The notes under the pieces were generated by a model, which was given only the letters and a program-made list of their open reading frames with translations, had not been told where the DNA came from and did no database searches. DNA of 64,000 bases from Lachnospiraceae bacterium (GTDB lineage Bacteria; Bacillota; Clostridia; Lachnospirales; Lachnospiraceae), in NCBI GenBank assembly GCA_021199655.1, contig JAJQHQ010000019.1, positions 12,511 to 76,510 of the forward strand, read 5' to 3'. A program made the position numbers and the translations under genes. The number at the start of each line of letters is the position of its first letter. Within the stretch, counting starts at the first letter, position 1. This document shows positions 17,643 to 27,095 of this stretch, one piece after another.

Positions 17643-18395
17643 ATGGGAAAGATCGACATAAAACATGTAGACTTGTATTATGGGGACTTCCACGCACTCA
17701 AGGATGTAAATCTTGAGATTCCGGCCAATAAGATCACGGCATTCATCGGCCCGAGCGGCTGCGGCAAGTCCACACTTTTAAAGTCCTTAAACCGGATGAA
17801 CGATCTGGTAGAGGGCTGCAAGATCACGGGTGAGATCACCCTTGACGGCGAAGATATTTATGGAAAAAATATGGACGTCAACCATTTAAGAAAACGCGTC
17901 GGAATGGTGTTCCAGAAGGCGAATCCGTTCCCGATGAGCATTTATGACAATGTAGCGTATGGCCCGAGAACGCATGGAATCCACAACAAGGCGAAACTGG
18001 ATGAGATCGTGGAAAAAGCGCTCCGTGACGCGGCCATCTGGGATGAGGTGAAAGATCGTCTGAAAAAGAGCGCACTGGGAATGTCCGGCGGACAGCAGCA
18101 GAGACTCTGCATCGCACGGGCGCTCGCTGTGGAGCCGGATGTGCTTCTGATGGATGAATCCACCTCAGCGCTGGATCCAATCTCGACTTCCAGGATCGAG
18201 GATCTGGTCATGGAACTGAAAGAAAAATATACCATCGCGATGGTAACGCACAATATGCAGCAGGCAGCCAGAGTTTCCGACAAAACGGCGTTTTTCCTTC
18301 TCGGTGAGATGATTGAGTGCGATGATACCACGACATTGTTTTCCATGCCGAAGAACAAAAAAACAGAGGAATATATTACGGGGAGGTTTGGCTGA
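17643..18395 (+). CDS. pstB: Phosphate ABC transporter ATP-binding protein
   Basis: Walker [10 protein letters not shown], signature LSGGQQQRL, Walker B LLMDE, and the PstB-typical N-terminus. Confidence 0.95.
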   Translation: MGKIDIKHVDLYYGDFHALKDVNLEIPANKITAFIGPSGCGKSTLLKSLNRMNDLVEGCKITGEITLDGEDIYGKNMDVNHLRKRVGMVFQKANPFPMSIYDNVAYGPRTHGIHNKAKLDEIVEKALRDAAIWDEVKDRLKKSALGMSGGQQQRLCIARALAVEPDVLLMDESTSALDPISTSRIEDLVMELKEKYTIAMVTHNMQQAARVSDKTAFFLLGEMIECDDTTTLFSMPKNKKTEEYITGRFG

Positions 18396-18397
18396 TT

Positions 18398-19084
18398 ATG
18401 AGAGACCGTTTTGTAGAAAAACTGGATCAGCTCCAGAAAGAGCTGCTTGAGATGGGAATGCTTTGCGAGGAGGCGATCATGAAGACCTACCGCCTGCTCG
18501 TTTCCACGGAAAAACGCGAGGAGAACGCGGAAGAAATTGACCGTCTGGAGGACGAAATCGACGGGAAGGAGCAGTCGATTGAGACCATCAGTCTTCAGCT
18601 TTTGCTGCGCCAGCAGCCGGTGGCTTCTGACCTGCGCCGCATTTCCGCAGCCATGAAGATGATCACGGATCTGGAGCGTATCGGAGACCAGGCGACGGAT
18701 ATTGCCGAGATCATGAAGACAGGCAGTATCGATGTGCCGGTTGAGGGTGTGGCGATCACACAGATGGCCGAGTTTACGGTCGGCATGGTAAACAAAAGTG
18801 TTGAGGCTTATGTGAACCGCGACCTGGAGCTGGCCCGTGAAGTGATCGACAGCGACGACCGGCTGGATGCGATGTTCGATGATGTCCGCAGGACGCTGTC
18901 AGAGCCGACGGCGGCTGAAAAATTTTCAAATGATCAGATCCTTGATCTGCTGATGATCGCGAAGTATTATGAGCGGATCGGCGACCATGCGCAGAACATC
19001 GGCGAGTGGGTCGAGTTCTCCCTGACCGGTGTGCACAGGCAGGGGAAGAAGGCGTATAATGTGTTTGGGGTTTACACGAAATAG
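18398..19084 (+). CDS. phoU: Phosphate signalling accessory protein PhoU
   Basis: Two PhoU repeats (DLERIGDQATDIAE and YYERIGDHAQNIGE), directly after pstB. Confidence 0.9.
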   Translation: MRDRFVEKLDQLQKELLEMGMLCEEAIMKTYRLLVSTEKREENAEEIDRLEDEIDGKEQSIETISLQLLLRQQPVASDLRRISAAMKMITDLERIGDQATDIAEIMKTGSIDVPVEGVAITQMAEFTVGMVNKSVEAYVNRDLELAREVIDSDDRLDAMFDDVRRTLSEPTAAEKFSNDQILDLLMIAKYYERIGDHAQNIGEWVEFSLTGVHRQGKKAYNVFGVYTK

Positions 19085-19097
19085 AATTTGACGCGTC

Positions 19098-19237
19098 GAC
19101 CTGTATATAGGACAATCTCAGACACGCTCGCGCTTATAAAACAGCGTAGCGGTACTAGGTTCGACCTTCGCCACTGGCTTGGTCTCACCAAGGACCGACG
19201 CTGTCTTTAATAGTCTGAGATTGCCCTATATCAGGTC
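19098..19237. repeat. ~140-nt extended imperfect palindrome in the phoU-response regulator spacer
   Basis: Outer arms are 19098-19123 and 19213-19237. Inner arms are 19134-19147 and 19198-19212. The central hairpin is 19178-19192. Confidence 0.7.
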
Positions 19238-19427
19238 TCCGCTGATTTCAAAAAATATTCAGCACAATACAGGCACGACAGAAAATCTTTACTGCTTTTT
19301 AAATGATAATTTAAAGATAAAAGGACTTGAAAAAGAATATTTTTTTACATAGAATATAAGGAGTTTCTAAGGGTTGTAAGTTGGATTTTTTGAATAATGA
19401 ACAGCCGGGGGAAAGTGAGGAACGGAC

Positions 19428-20111
19428 GTGGCTTTGATATACGTTGTGGAGGATGATGAAAACATCCGCGAGATTGAATTATTTGCGCTGAAAAATGCGG
19501 GATATGAGGTGCAGGGTTTTGACTGCGCCTCTGCGTTTTATGCGAGGCTGAAGGAGCGGATGCCGTCGCTGGTGCTTCTGGATCTGATGCTGCCAGATGA
19601 GAGCGGACTGGATATTGTGAAGAAGCTGAGGTTTTCCGCGCAGACCCGCAAGCTTCCGATCATTCTGGTGACCGCGAAGACTTCGGAGATTGATAAGGTA
19701 AAGGGGCTTGATATCGGCGCAGATGATTATATCACCAAGCCCTTTGGCGTGATGGAGCTGATCTCGCGCGTCAAGGCACTGATGCGCCGCACCCGCGATA
19801 TGGAGCAGGAACGCATGATCCGGCTGGATTCGATTTTTATGGATGACGAAAAGCGGGCAGTGTATGTCGATGACAAGCCGGTCGACCTGACTTTTAAAGA
19901 ATACGAGCTTCTGAAGCTGCTTCTTCTGAATGCAGGTATCGTGGTGACGAGAGAGATGATTCTTGACCGGGTGTGGGGCACTGACTTTGAGGGTGAGTCC
20001 CGGACGCTTGATATGCACATTAAGACGCTTCGGCAGAAGCTTGGCACAGCCGGGGCGATGATCCGCACGGTGCGCAATGTCGGGTATATTTTGAATTCGG
20101 ATAACGGATGA
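19428..20111 (+). CDS. phoP: OmpR-family response regulator, probable phosphate regulon regulator
   Basis: Receiver (VVEDDENI, LLDLMLPD, TAKT...K) plus a winged-helix C-terminus (LTFKEYELLKLL, RTVRNVGY). GTG start with GTGAGGA RBS. Context is pst-phoU. Confidence 0.7.
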   Translation: MALIYVVEDDENIREIELFALKNAGYEVQGFDCASAFYARLKERMPSLVLLDLMLPDESGLDIVKKLRFSAQTRKLPIILVTAKTSEIDKVKGLDIGADDYITKPFGVMELISRVKALMRRTRDMEQERMIRLDSIFMDDEKRAVYVDDKPVDLTFKEYELLKLLLLNAGIVVTREMILDRVWGTDFEGESRTLDMHIKTLRQKLGTAGAMIRTVRNVGYILNSDNG

Positions 20112-20127
20112 AACGGAGAGGACGGGC

Positions 20128-21465
20128 ATGAAAAAGAAGATCAACATCTGGATGGTTCTGACCGTATTTGTGACTCTGGTGGCAACGCTGATTATAGCGG
20201 TTGCCATTTTTCGTAATATGTATAAGGAACAAGTACTCTCGGAGATGCGCACCTGCGCGGCGCTGATCTCCAGCCTGTCAACCTCGCCGGAGGAGCTTTC
20301 GGAGCAGTATACGGAGGATGTGGCCGGACTTCGCGTCACGCTGATCGATGAGGACGGGACGGTCGTGTATGACAGCGACGTCAGCGTCACGCTGGAGAAT
20401 CATGCGGACCGCGAAGAGGTGCAGGAGGCGGAAGCGGCCGGCGAAGGCTGGACAACCCGCTATTCGGACTCACTGAATTCTGAATTCTATTATTACGCGG
20501 TGAAGCTGGACGATGGATCGATTCTTCGCATCAGTAAAGAGGAAGCCAGCATCTGGGGGATTTTCACGGGCACATTAAAAGGAATTGTCGGAGTCGGCGT
20601 GATCATGCTTCTGGTGTGTATGCTTCTTTCACGCCAGATCACGGCCAGCATTGTGAATCCAATCGAGCGTATGGCGGACAACATTGACAGCGTCAGTACG
20701 GACGGCATTTATGAAGAACTCGTGCCGTTTGTGATGACGATCCGGCAGCAGCATGAGGATATCCTGCAGAGCGCGAATATGCGGCAGGAATTTACGGCAA
20801 ATGTTTCGCATGAGCTGAAAACCCCGCTGACGTCTATTTCCGGTTATGCGGAGCTGATCGAGACCGGGATGGCGGGAGAAAAAGAAGTACGGCATTTCGC
20901 ACATGAGATCCACCGCAGCGCGCAGCGGCTGCTGACCATGATCAATGACATCATCCGGTTATCGCAGCTCGACAGCGGGAAACTGGAAGCTAAAAGTACG
21001 TCCGAGGACGAAAATGCCCGGACAGATATGTTGGATTTATATGAGTCCGCGCGAAACTGTGTGGAAGGTATACGGCTGAATGCCCGTAAGAATGGCGTTC
21101 AGATTACGTGCACCGGCGCAACGTGCCTGATTCATGGAGACAAAAGTATGATCGAGGAACTGATCTCCAACCTTTGCGACAATGCCATCCGATACAACAA
21201 GCCGAATGGCAGAGTGGACGTCACCGTGAAAGAACAGAACGGTCGTCCGATGCTTCGAGTAAAAGATACGGGCATTGGCATTCCAAAGGAGAGTCAGGAA
21301 CGTGTTTTTGAACGGTTTTACTGCGTGGACAAGAGTCGGTCGAGGAATACCGGCGGCACGGGGCTGGGGCTTGCCATCGTGAAACACATTGTCGCACTGC
21401 ACCATGCGGAGATTGAACTCAAAAGCGAGGTCGGAGAAGGGACGGAGATTACGGTGTGGTTTTGA
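20128..21465 (+). CDS. phoR: Sensor histidine kinase, probable PhoR
   Basis: Two TM segments, H-box SHELKTPLTSI, N/G boxes DNAIRYN, DTGIGI, GGTGLGLAIV. Confidence 0.7.
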   Translation: MKKKINIWMVLTVFVTLVATLIIAVAIFRNMYKEQVLSEMRTCAALISSLSTSPEELSEQYTEDVAGLRVTLIDEDGTVVYDSDVSVTLENHADREEVQEAEAAGEGWTTRYSDSLNSEFYYYAVKLDDGSILRISKEEASIWGIFTGTLKGIVGVGVIMLLVCMLLSRQITASIVNPIERMADNIDSVSTDGIYEELVPFVMTIRQQHEDILQSANMRQEFTANVSHELKTPLTSISGYAELIETGMAGEKEVRHFAHEIHRSAQRLLTMINDIIRLSQLDSGKLEAKSTSEDENARTDMLDLYESARNCVEGIRLNARKNGVQITCTGATCLIHGDKSMIEELISNLCDNAIRYNKPNGRVDVTVKEQNGRPMLRVKDTGIGIPKESQERVFERFYCVDKSRSRNTGGTGLGLAIVKHIVALHHAEIELKSEVGEGTEITVWF

Positions 21466-21516
21466 TTTCAGACGTTCCCTTTTGTCTTAATCTCAGCATT
21501 CTCTTTGCGGAAACAT

Positions 21517-21795
21517 TCAGCAATAATATCTTATTTCTTTAAAATAGCCATACCATTTATTCTCGATTTCGGAATGCCGTGCCTCTATGATATCCATAAT
21601 GTTTCGCAGTTTCCGCTGTGGAATGTGAGAATTATTGTTACAGAGCAGGCATTTACCGCTTTTGGTGATCCATATTTTTGTGGCGCTTTCTGATGGAACT
21701 CCTTCTGACACATGTACATGGACAGGCTCCACTGGCTTATTTTCGTTTGACCAGAAATATATCAGGTAAGAGCCGATTTAAAAAATTTGCGGCAT
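21517..21795 (-). pseudogene. DUF4160-family gene interrupted by an in-frame TAA at codon 6
   Basis: Minus-strand reading from ATG 21795 gives MPQIF-stop(21780-21778)-IGSYLIYFWSNENKPVEPVHVHVSEG... This matches the DUF4160 N-terminal pattern MPxI..F.G..I..Y...H.PPH.H. The track ORF restarts at GTG 21732. Confidence 0.5.
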
Positions 21796-22063
21796 TATCA
21801 AAACCTCCTTCTCTTGCAAGGCGGATGATTATGTGTGCTACTGACTCCAGATATTCCTGAAAATATTTGATGTCTGCCTGCGAAAAACCATCTATGTTCT
21901 TCCATTCGTAAGAAGGAAGATAACATTCAGCTGATTGGAAGCCACCAAAGACCGGTTTTTCAAAATATACCTTTACGGTTTCGGTACCGTTTTCGTTGTA
22001 TGCATCGGAATGTACAACCTCTGTTTTGTCTGCAAGAGTCATAAATTGATACATCATGATCAA
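21737..22063 (-). CDS. Hypothetical protein (108 aa) in the AT-rich islet, partner of the DUF4160 gene
   Basis: Strong RBS GGAGGAG 7 nt upstream of ATG 22063. No family recognised. Confidence 0.55.
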   Translation of the reverse strand: MIMMYQFMTLADKTEVVHSDAYNENGTETVKVYFEKPVFGGFQSAECYLPSYEWKNIDGFSQADIKYFQEYLESVAHIIIRLAREGGFDNAANFLNRLLPDIFLVKRK

Positions 22064-22372
22064 AAGCTCCTCCTTAAATTTTTATATATACGGATTTTAT
22101 TGTATTCGCAATTTTTAGGAAATGATTTAATTGTCTATCGAGGTTTCCGTAACTTGCAGAAATGTCACCACGATCTATTCCGTTTAATCATCTGGCATAT
22201 TCTTCACCCAAAAGCTCAATGTTGGCGCACTGTCCTTTGTATATTTTTGTAAGCTGGTATATATAATATAAGGAATCTTACCTGATGTCAATGGAATATT
22301 TGAACAGGAGAGGTGGATTTGTACCGAAATGTACCGAAATAAAAATTTAAATCAATATTAAGATTCCACATC

Positions 22373-22402
22373 TTGACTATTTTTAGTGCATGGTGCCATA
22401 AT
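22373..22402 (+). promoter_or_regulatory. Candidate promoter (TTGACT-18 nt-TGc-CATAAT) for the L,D-transpeptidase gene
   Basis: TTGACT at 22373-22378, extended -10 TGCCATAAT at 22394-22402. Confidence 0.4.
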
Positions 22403-22467
22403 AAAGAAATTGTATGATTTGAGCGACCCAAAGGGTCATGATAATATTCAGAAGGGTAAGGGGCGGA

Positions 22468-23898
22468 ATGAAGAATAAGCATAAAAAATTACAGGCTGCT
22501 GTTCTTATTATCGTATGCGTAATACTGGCAGGTCTCTGCGGGGGCGGGTATTACCTTTACAGGCAGGTGAACAGCGGTCTTTTTTTTGAAGAGACGACAC
22601 TGAACGGTTATGACATTTCCGGGATGAGCTGCAGAGAAGTCTTATCGATGCTGGTGGAGGATTACAGTGCTCCGACCGTCACGATCACGGAAGGCGGAGA
22701 AACCACGCTTAGCCTGACACTGGAGGAGATGGGGTATACGATCGATCAGATGAGCCTGCTTTCTGAAATACAGAGCTGTATGCGTGAACAGAACTTAAGT
22801 CTGATCTTCAGTCTGGCGAGAGGAAATGACTTCGAGGTGGAGGTTTCCTTTGATTACGACGAGACGGTGTTTGTTTCGGCGGTGACGGGGGAGAACTTTA
22901 CCATACCGCGTGTCACCAGTTCAGACGCGACACTGGAATACAATGGCACGGAATACTATATTGAGCCGGAGAGCTACGGTACGGAGTTTGACGACGCAGA
23001 TCTGCAGACACTTGTCAAAGACTATGTAGACAATCTGGTGGCGGAAGACCGTCCGCAGGAGGACACTGTGATTGAATTCCCGGAGTCTTTCTATTATGTG
23101 CCGGAGGTCACGCAGGACAATCTGGATCTGAATTCTCTGATGGATATTTACAATTCCTACTGTAAGGCTGTGATTACCCTCACCTTTGGCGAAGAGGAGA
23201 TCGTGCTGGACTGGTCGACACTGCAGGACTGGCTGATCATTGACGGCGAACTTGTCTCAATTGATGAGCAGCAGGTCGAAGATTTTGTCTATAACCTTGC
23301 GGCGACATACAATACGCTCTATCTGCCGCGCACCTTTACGACAAGCAATGGGGAGACGATTGAATATGAGAGCAGTGACTATGGCTATCAGATTGACCAG
23401 AGCGCTGAGAAAGAGCAGCTGATCGCGGATATTACTTCAAACACAGAGGTCACCCGTGAACCGACCTATTCGACAACCGGGCGTTCCCGTAATGGCGTTG
23501 ACGATATCTGCGGCACTTATGTGGAGGTCGATCTCACCGGCCAGCATATCTGGTATTACAAAGACGGCGAGCTCATTGTAGAGAGTGACTGCGTTACCGG
23601 CAAGCCGACTGAAGAACGGGAGACGACGACCGGCGTATTCAAGATTCCTTATAAACAGATGAATGTCACTCTTTCAGGCGGCACCGGATCAAGCGCGTGG
23701 GAGACGGACGTGACCTACTGGATGCCGTTCCACGAAGGGCAGGGGCTGCATGACGCGACCTGGAGGTCATCATTTGGCGGGAGCATCTATAAGACCAACG
23801 GCTCGCATGGCTGTGTGAATCTGCCGTATAATGTGGCTGAGACCATTTACAATGAACTGGAAGAGGGTACACCGATTTTCTTATACAAGACGGAATAA
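22468..23898 (+). CDS. Membrane-anchored L,D-transpeptidase (YkuD domain) with a long N-terminal extracellular region
   Basis: N-terminal TM helix. The C-terminal YkuD core is FKIPYK...WMPFHEGQGLHDATWR...GSHGCVNLP. Start taken at ATG 22468. Confidence 0.85.
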   Translation: MKNKHKKLQAAVLIIVCVILAGLCGGGYYLYRQVNSGLFFEETTLNGYDISGMSCREVLSMLVEDYSAPTVTITEGGETTLSLTLEEMGYTIDQMSLLSEIQSCMREQNLSLIFSLARGNDFEVEVSFDYDETVFVSAVTGENFTIPRVTSSDATLEYNGTEYYIEPESYGTEFDDADLQTLVKDYVDNLVAEDRPQEDTVIEFPESFYYVPEVTQDNLDLNSLMDIYNSYCKAVITLTFGEEEIVLDWSTLQDWLIIDGELVSIDEQQVEDFVYNLAATYNTLYLPRTFTTSNGETIEYESSDYGYQIDQSAEKEQLIADITSNTEVTREPTYSTTGRSRNGVDDICGTYVEVDLTGQHIWYYKDGELIVESDCVTGKPTEERETTTGVFKIPYKQMNVTLSGGTGSSAWETDVTYWMPFHEGQGLHDATWRSSFGGSIYKTNGSHGCVNLPYNVAETIYNELEEGTPIFLYKTE

Positions 23899-24001
23899 GG
23901 ATTCCGGGCCTGCTCTGTTTGGAATATTTATGGATGAGCAGGGCGTTTTGCTTGACAGATCGGACAGATAAAGAGCAGAAGTAAATTCGGGAGGATGACT
24001 T

Positions 24002-24898
24002 ATGAAAGGAATTATACTGGCGGGCGGCTCGGGTACACGCCTTTATCCGCTGACAAAAGTGACGAGCAAACAACTGCTGCCGATTTATGATAAACCCATG
24101 ATCTACTATCCGATGTCTGTGCTGATGAATGCAGGCATCCGTGACATCCTGATCATCTCAACGCCGATGGATACCCCGCGGTTTGAGGCTCTTTTAGGTG
24201 ATGGCCATCAGTTTGGCATCCGGCTGTCTTACGCGGAACAGCCGAGCCCGGACGGACTGGCTCAGGCCTTCATTATCGGCGCGGATTTTATCGGAGATGA
24301 TACAGTAGCAATGGTGCTTGGCGACAACATTTTTGCCGGACACGGACTGAAGAAACGTCTGAAAGCCGCGGTGGAAAATGCCGAGAACGGGAAGGGCGCG
24401 ACAGTATTCGGCTACTATGTGGACGATCCGGAGCGTTTTGGCATCGTGGAATTTAATCATGAAGGCCATGCTGTTTCTATTGAAGAAAAACCGGAACATC
24501 CGAAGAGCAATTACTGTGTGACAGGTCTCTATTTTTATGACAATAAAGTGGTTGACTACGCAAAAAATCTCCGGCCTTCCGCCAGAGGCGAGCTGGAGAT
24601 TACGGATCTGAACCGTCTTTACCTTGACGCGGGGGACTTGAATGTCGAGCTTCTGGGACAGGGATTTACCTGGATGGATACCGGTACGCATGAAAGCCTT
24701 GTGGAGGCTACGAATTTTGTCAAGACGATGGAGGATCACCAGCACAGGAAAATTGCCTGCCTGGAAGAGATTGCCTATCTGAACGGCTGGATTTCCCGTG
24801 AGGAAGTTCTTGAATTATATGAGGAATTGAAGAAGAACCAGTACGGGCAGTATCTGATGGATGTTCTGGACGGGAAATACCTGGATGTGCTGCATTAA
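24002..24898 (+). CDS. rfbA: Glucose-1-phosphate thymidylyltransferase
   Basis: [43 protein letters not shown] and full-length RmlA similarity. Confidence 0.95.
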   Translation: MKGIILAGGSGTRLYPLTKVTSKQLLPIYDKPMIYYPMSVLMNAGIRDILIISTPMDTPRFEALLGDGHQFGIRLSYAEQPSPDGLAQAFIIGADFIGDDTVAMVLGDNIFAGHGLKKRLKAAVENAENGKGATVFGYYVDDPERFGIVEFNHEGHAVSIEEKPEHPKSNYCVTGLYFYDNKVVDYAKNLRPSARGELEITDLNRLYLDAGDLNVELLGQGFTWMDTGTHESLVEATNFVKTMEDHQHRKIACLEEIAYLNGWISREEVLELYEELKKNQYGQYLMDVLDGKYLDVLH

Positions 24899-24906
24899 AA
24901 TGGAAA

Positions 24907-27090
24907 ATGAATATGCGTACAGAATATCAAAACAAAATGTGCGGCACTGAACAATTGTTTCTTGCAGCCTATGCACTGTGGCTGACCGCCACAGACCTGA
25001 AGCTGACGATGTGGGCATACGTTGCTCCTGCGTCGAGATTGTTCAGCTGTATGCAGCTTGCCGCGTATCTGCTGCTCGGGATACAGTTTTTGGTAAAGCC
25101 TGCATCAAAGAAACACTATGGGAAAAAGGATCTGGCCGGTGTCCTTCTGATTTTGTTCTGCTCGGTGCTTGTCTGGCATGCCGGCAGAACGAACCGGCAG
25201 ATTTTTCCGGTGTTGTTGTTTCTGTATTTTTCCGCTGATATTCCTTACAAAAAGATTCTCAAATGCTCTGTGGCAATACAGCTTGCGGTTATGACATTTG
25301 CCATTGCAACATCCGGCTGCGGGCTGATTGAGGATGTCCTCTGGTACGAAGGAGATCGCGTAAGACACAGCCTCGGATATGATTATTGCGGCTATCCTGC
25401 ACATATCATGCTGTTTGTGACGATGAGCTGGCTTTGTATCCGGGGAAAAGCGCATCTTGCAGACGCAGCGGTTCTTCTGGCTTTGAACGGTGTACTCTTT
25501 ATCCTCACGGACTCCAGATCGGATCTGCTTCTGGCAGTTCTGGGGATTGCAGGAGCATTCCTGTGGGGACGTGATTTTACAGTGGAGCCTGAAGGAAATC
25601 CTTTAGGAAGATGTTTGTCCCGCGTTTTTTGCCATGTCAGAAATTTTCTTGCAAAATTCGGCTTTCTGATCGCGTTTGTGATTTCGGTTGTCGTGCAGTT
25701 TTTTTATAATTCGGACAGCACCTTCTGGTACCGCATCAACGAGACTCTGAACGGGCGTTTGCAGCTGGGACATTCCGCGATACAGGAATATGGATTTTCT
25801 CTGTTTGGGAAGGCGATTCACTGGTACGGACAGGGCAGCCTGCGGCTGGGGATGTCGGATACCTATAATTATGTGGACAACTCATTTTTAAAAGAACTTC
25901 TGACGTATGGCTGGGTATTCGCTGTACTGCTGCTCATCGGATTTTACTTTACAGGGAAAAAACTGGCGCAGCAGGAAGAATGGATGCTCTGCTGGGCGCT
26001 GCTGATCACGATTGCTTACTCTGTCATTAATGCGCAGCTTTGCGTCCTTTCCTTTCAGCCGTTTATCCTGCTTCCGGGGATGCTGTTTGCATCAGAGAAA
26101 GGGGCGGGTAATTCGGGCGCAGAGTCTCCGCACACAGGTTCAAAGAAATCCGGGGAAACAAAAGAATTGAAAGAACTGAAAAAAACGGAAGAAACTGCCG
26201 GAAACAGCCGTATGAGATTCCTCAACACAGAGATTGATAATGTCACATTTGAGGAAGCGCTTACGTGGATCGAGGCATATCTGGATGACGCAGAGGAAGT
26301 GCTCTCCGCTCCGCTTCGGTCGGCGGATATCCCGCCCGAAGGGCGAGGATGCCCGCGCCCCACAATCGGAGATTGGGGGCATAACCCGGCGAGGGCAGAA
26401 TGTGCCGCCCATGAGAGAAACGCTGCGCGTTTGGGCGGCTACATTGTCACCCCGAATGTGGATCATATCGTCCGGCTGGAGACAGACCAGGCGCTGCAAA
26501 AGGCATATGAGAGCGCGTCCCTGGTGTTGACGGACGGGCAGCCGCTCATCTGGATTTCCAAATGGCTGGGTACCCCGATCAAAGAGAAAATATCCGGTTC
26601 GGATCTGTTCCCGAGAGTCTGTCAGCTGGCCGCGAAAAAAGGCTATCGGATGTATTTCCTCGGCGCGGGTCCGGGAGTGGCTGATATGGCAGCCCAAAAG
26701 CTGACAACAGACTATCCCGGACTGCAGGTGGTCGGCACCTTCTCTCCGGCATATGGATTTGAAAAGGATGAAAGTCAGATAAAAGAAGTCTGGCAGAAGA
26801 TACACCAGGCAAAGCCGGATATCCTGATCGCAGCACTTGGCACGCCGAAACAGGAAATTTTCCTGTGGGAGAGCCGGGAAGAACTGAACGGGATGCTGGC
26901 GTTCGGCATCGGTGCGGGACTTGACTTTGCGGCCGGGAACGTAAAACGCGCGCCGCACTGGATGCAGAAATGCGGTCTTGAGTGGTTCTACCGCCTCTGC
27001 CATGAGCCGAAACGGCTTTTTAAACGCTATCTCGTCGATGGCCTGAGGATCCTGCCGATCGTGTGGAAATATCGGAAAGAAAAGGGATAA
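24907..27090 (+). CDS. Fusion: polytopic O-antigen polymerase/ligase-like membrane domain + WecG/TagA (GT26) glycosyltransferase domain
   Basis: About 400 aa of multiple TM helices, a K/E-rich linker, then the GT26 core IVTPNVDHIV, TDGQPLIW, LGTPKQEIF, GAGLDFAAG. One continuous ORF. Confidence 0.7.
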   Translation: MNMRTEYQNKMCGTEQLFLAAYALWLTATDLKLTMWAYVAPASRLFSCMQLAAYLLLGIQFLVKPASKKHYGKKDLAGVLLILFCSVLVWHAGRTNRQIFPVLLFLYFSADIPYKKILKCSVAIQLAVMTFAIATSGCGLIEDVLWYEGDRVRHSLGYDYCGYPAHIMLFVTMSWLCIRGKAHLADAAVLLALNGVLFILTDSRSDLLLAVLGIAGAFLWGRDFTVEPEGNPLGRCLSRVFCHVRNFLAKFGFLIAFVISVVVQFFYNSDSTFWYRINETLNGRLQLGHSAIQEYGFSLFGKAIHWYGQGSLRLGMSDTYNYVDNSFLKELLTYGWVFAVLLLIGFYFTGKKLAQQEEWMLCWALLITIAYSVINAQLCVLSFQPFILLPGMLFASEKGAGNSGAESPHTGSKKSGETKELKELKKTEETAGNSRMRFLNTEIDNVTFEEALTWIEAYLDDAEEVLSAPLRSADIPPEGRGCPRPTIGDWGHNPARAECAAHERNAARLGGYIVTPNVDHIVRLETDQALQKAYESASLVLTDGQPLIWISKWLGTPIKEKISGSDLFPRVCQLAAKKGYRMYFLGAGPGVADMAAQKLTTDYPGLQVVGTFSPAYGFEKDESQIKEVWQKIHQAKPDILIAALGTPKQEIFLWESREELNGMLAFGIGAGLDFAAGNVKRAPHWMQKCGLEWFYRLCHEPKRLFKRYLVDGLRILPIVWKYRKEKG
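26299..26439 (+). repeat. GC-rich repeat modules read in frame inside the GT26 domain
   Basis: Module 1 at 26302-26326 and module 2 at 26411-26439. The centre 26327-26353 has an inverted copy at 38890-38915 (24/26 nt). Confidence 0.8.
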
Positions 27091-27095
27091 GATAT

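Noticed and set aside
19091-19100. ACGCGTCGAC (overlapping MluI and SalI sites), suggesting a cloning artefact
   Set aside because: It is an isolated 10-mer forming the base of the palindrome. No vector, linker or marker sequence is nearby.
19150-19175. tRNA-like T-loop motif GGTTCGA
   Set aside because: The flanking stem is only 3-4 bp, and no acceptor, D or anticodon arms can be drawn. It sits in the middle of the long palindrome.
23899-24001. Promoter/terminator pair upstream of rfbA (CCTGCTC...GAGCAGG hairpin, TTGACA at ~23954)
   Set aside because: The hairpin loop is 19 nt with a weak T-tail, and no acceptable -10 lies 16-19 nt from the TTGACA. This is too weak to annotate.
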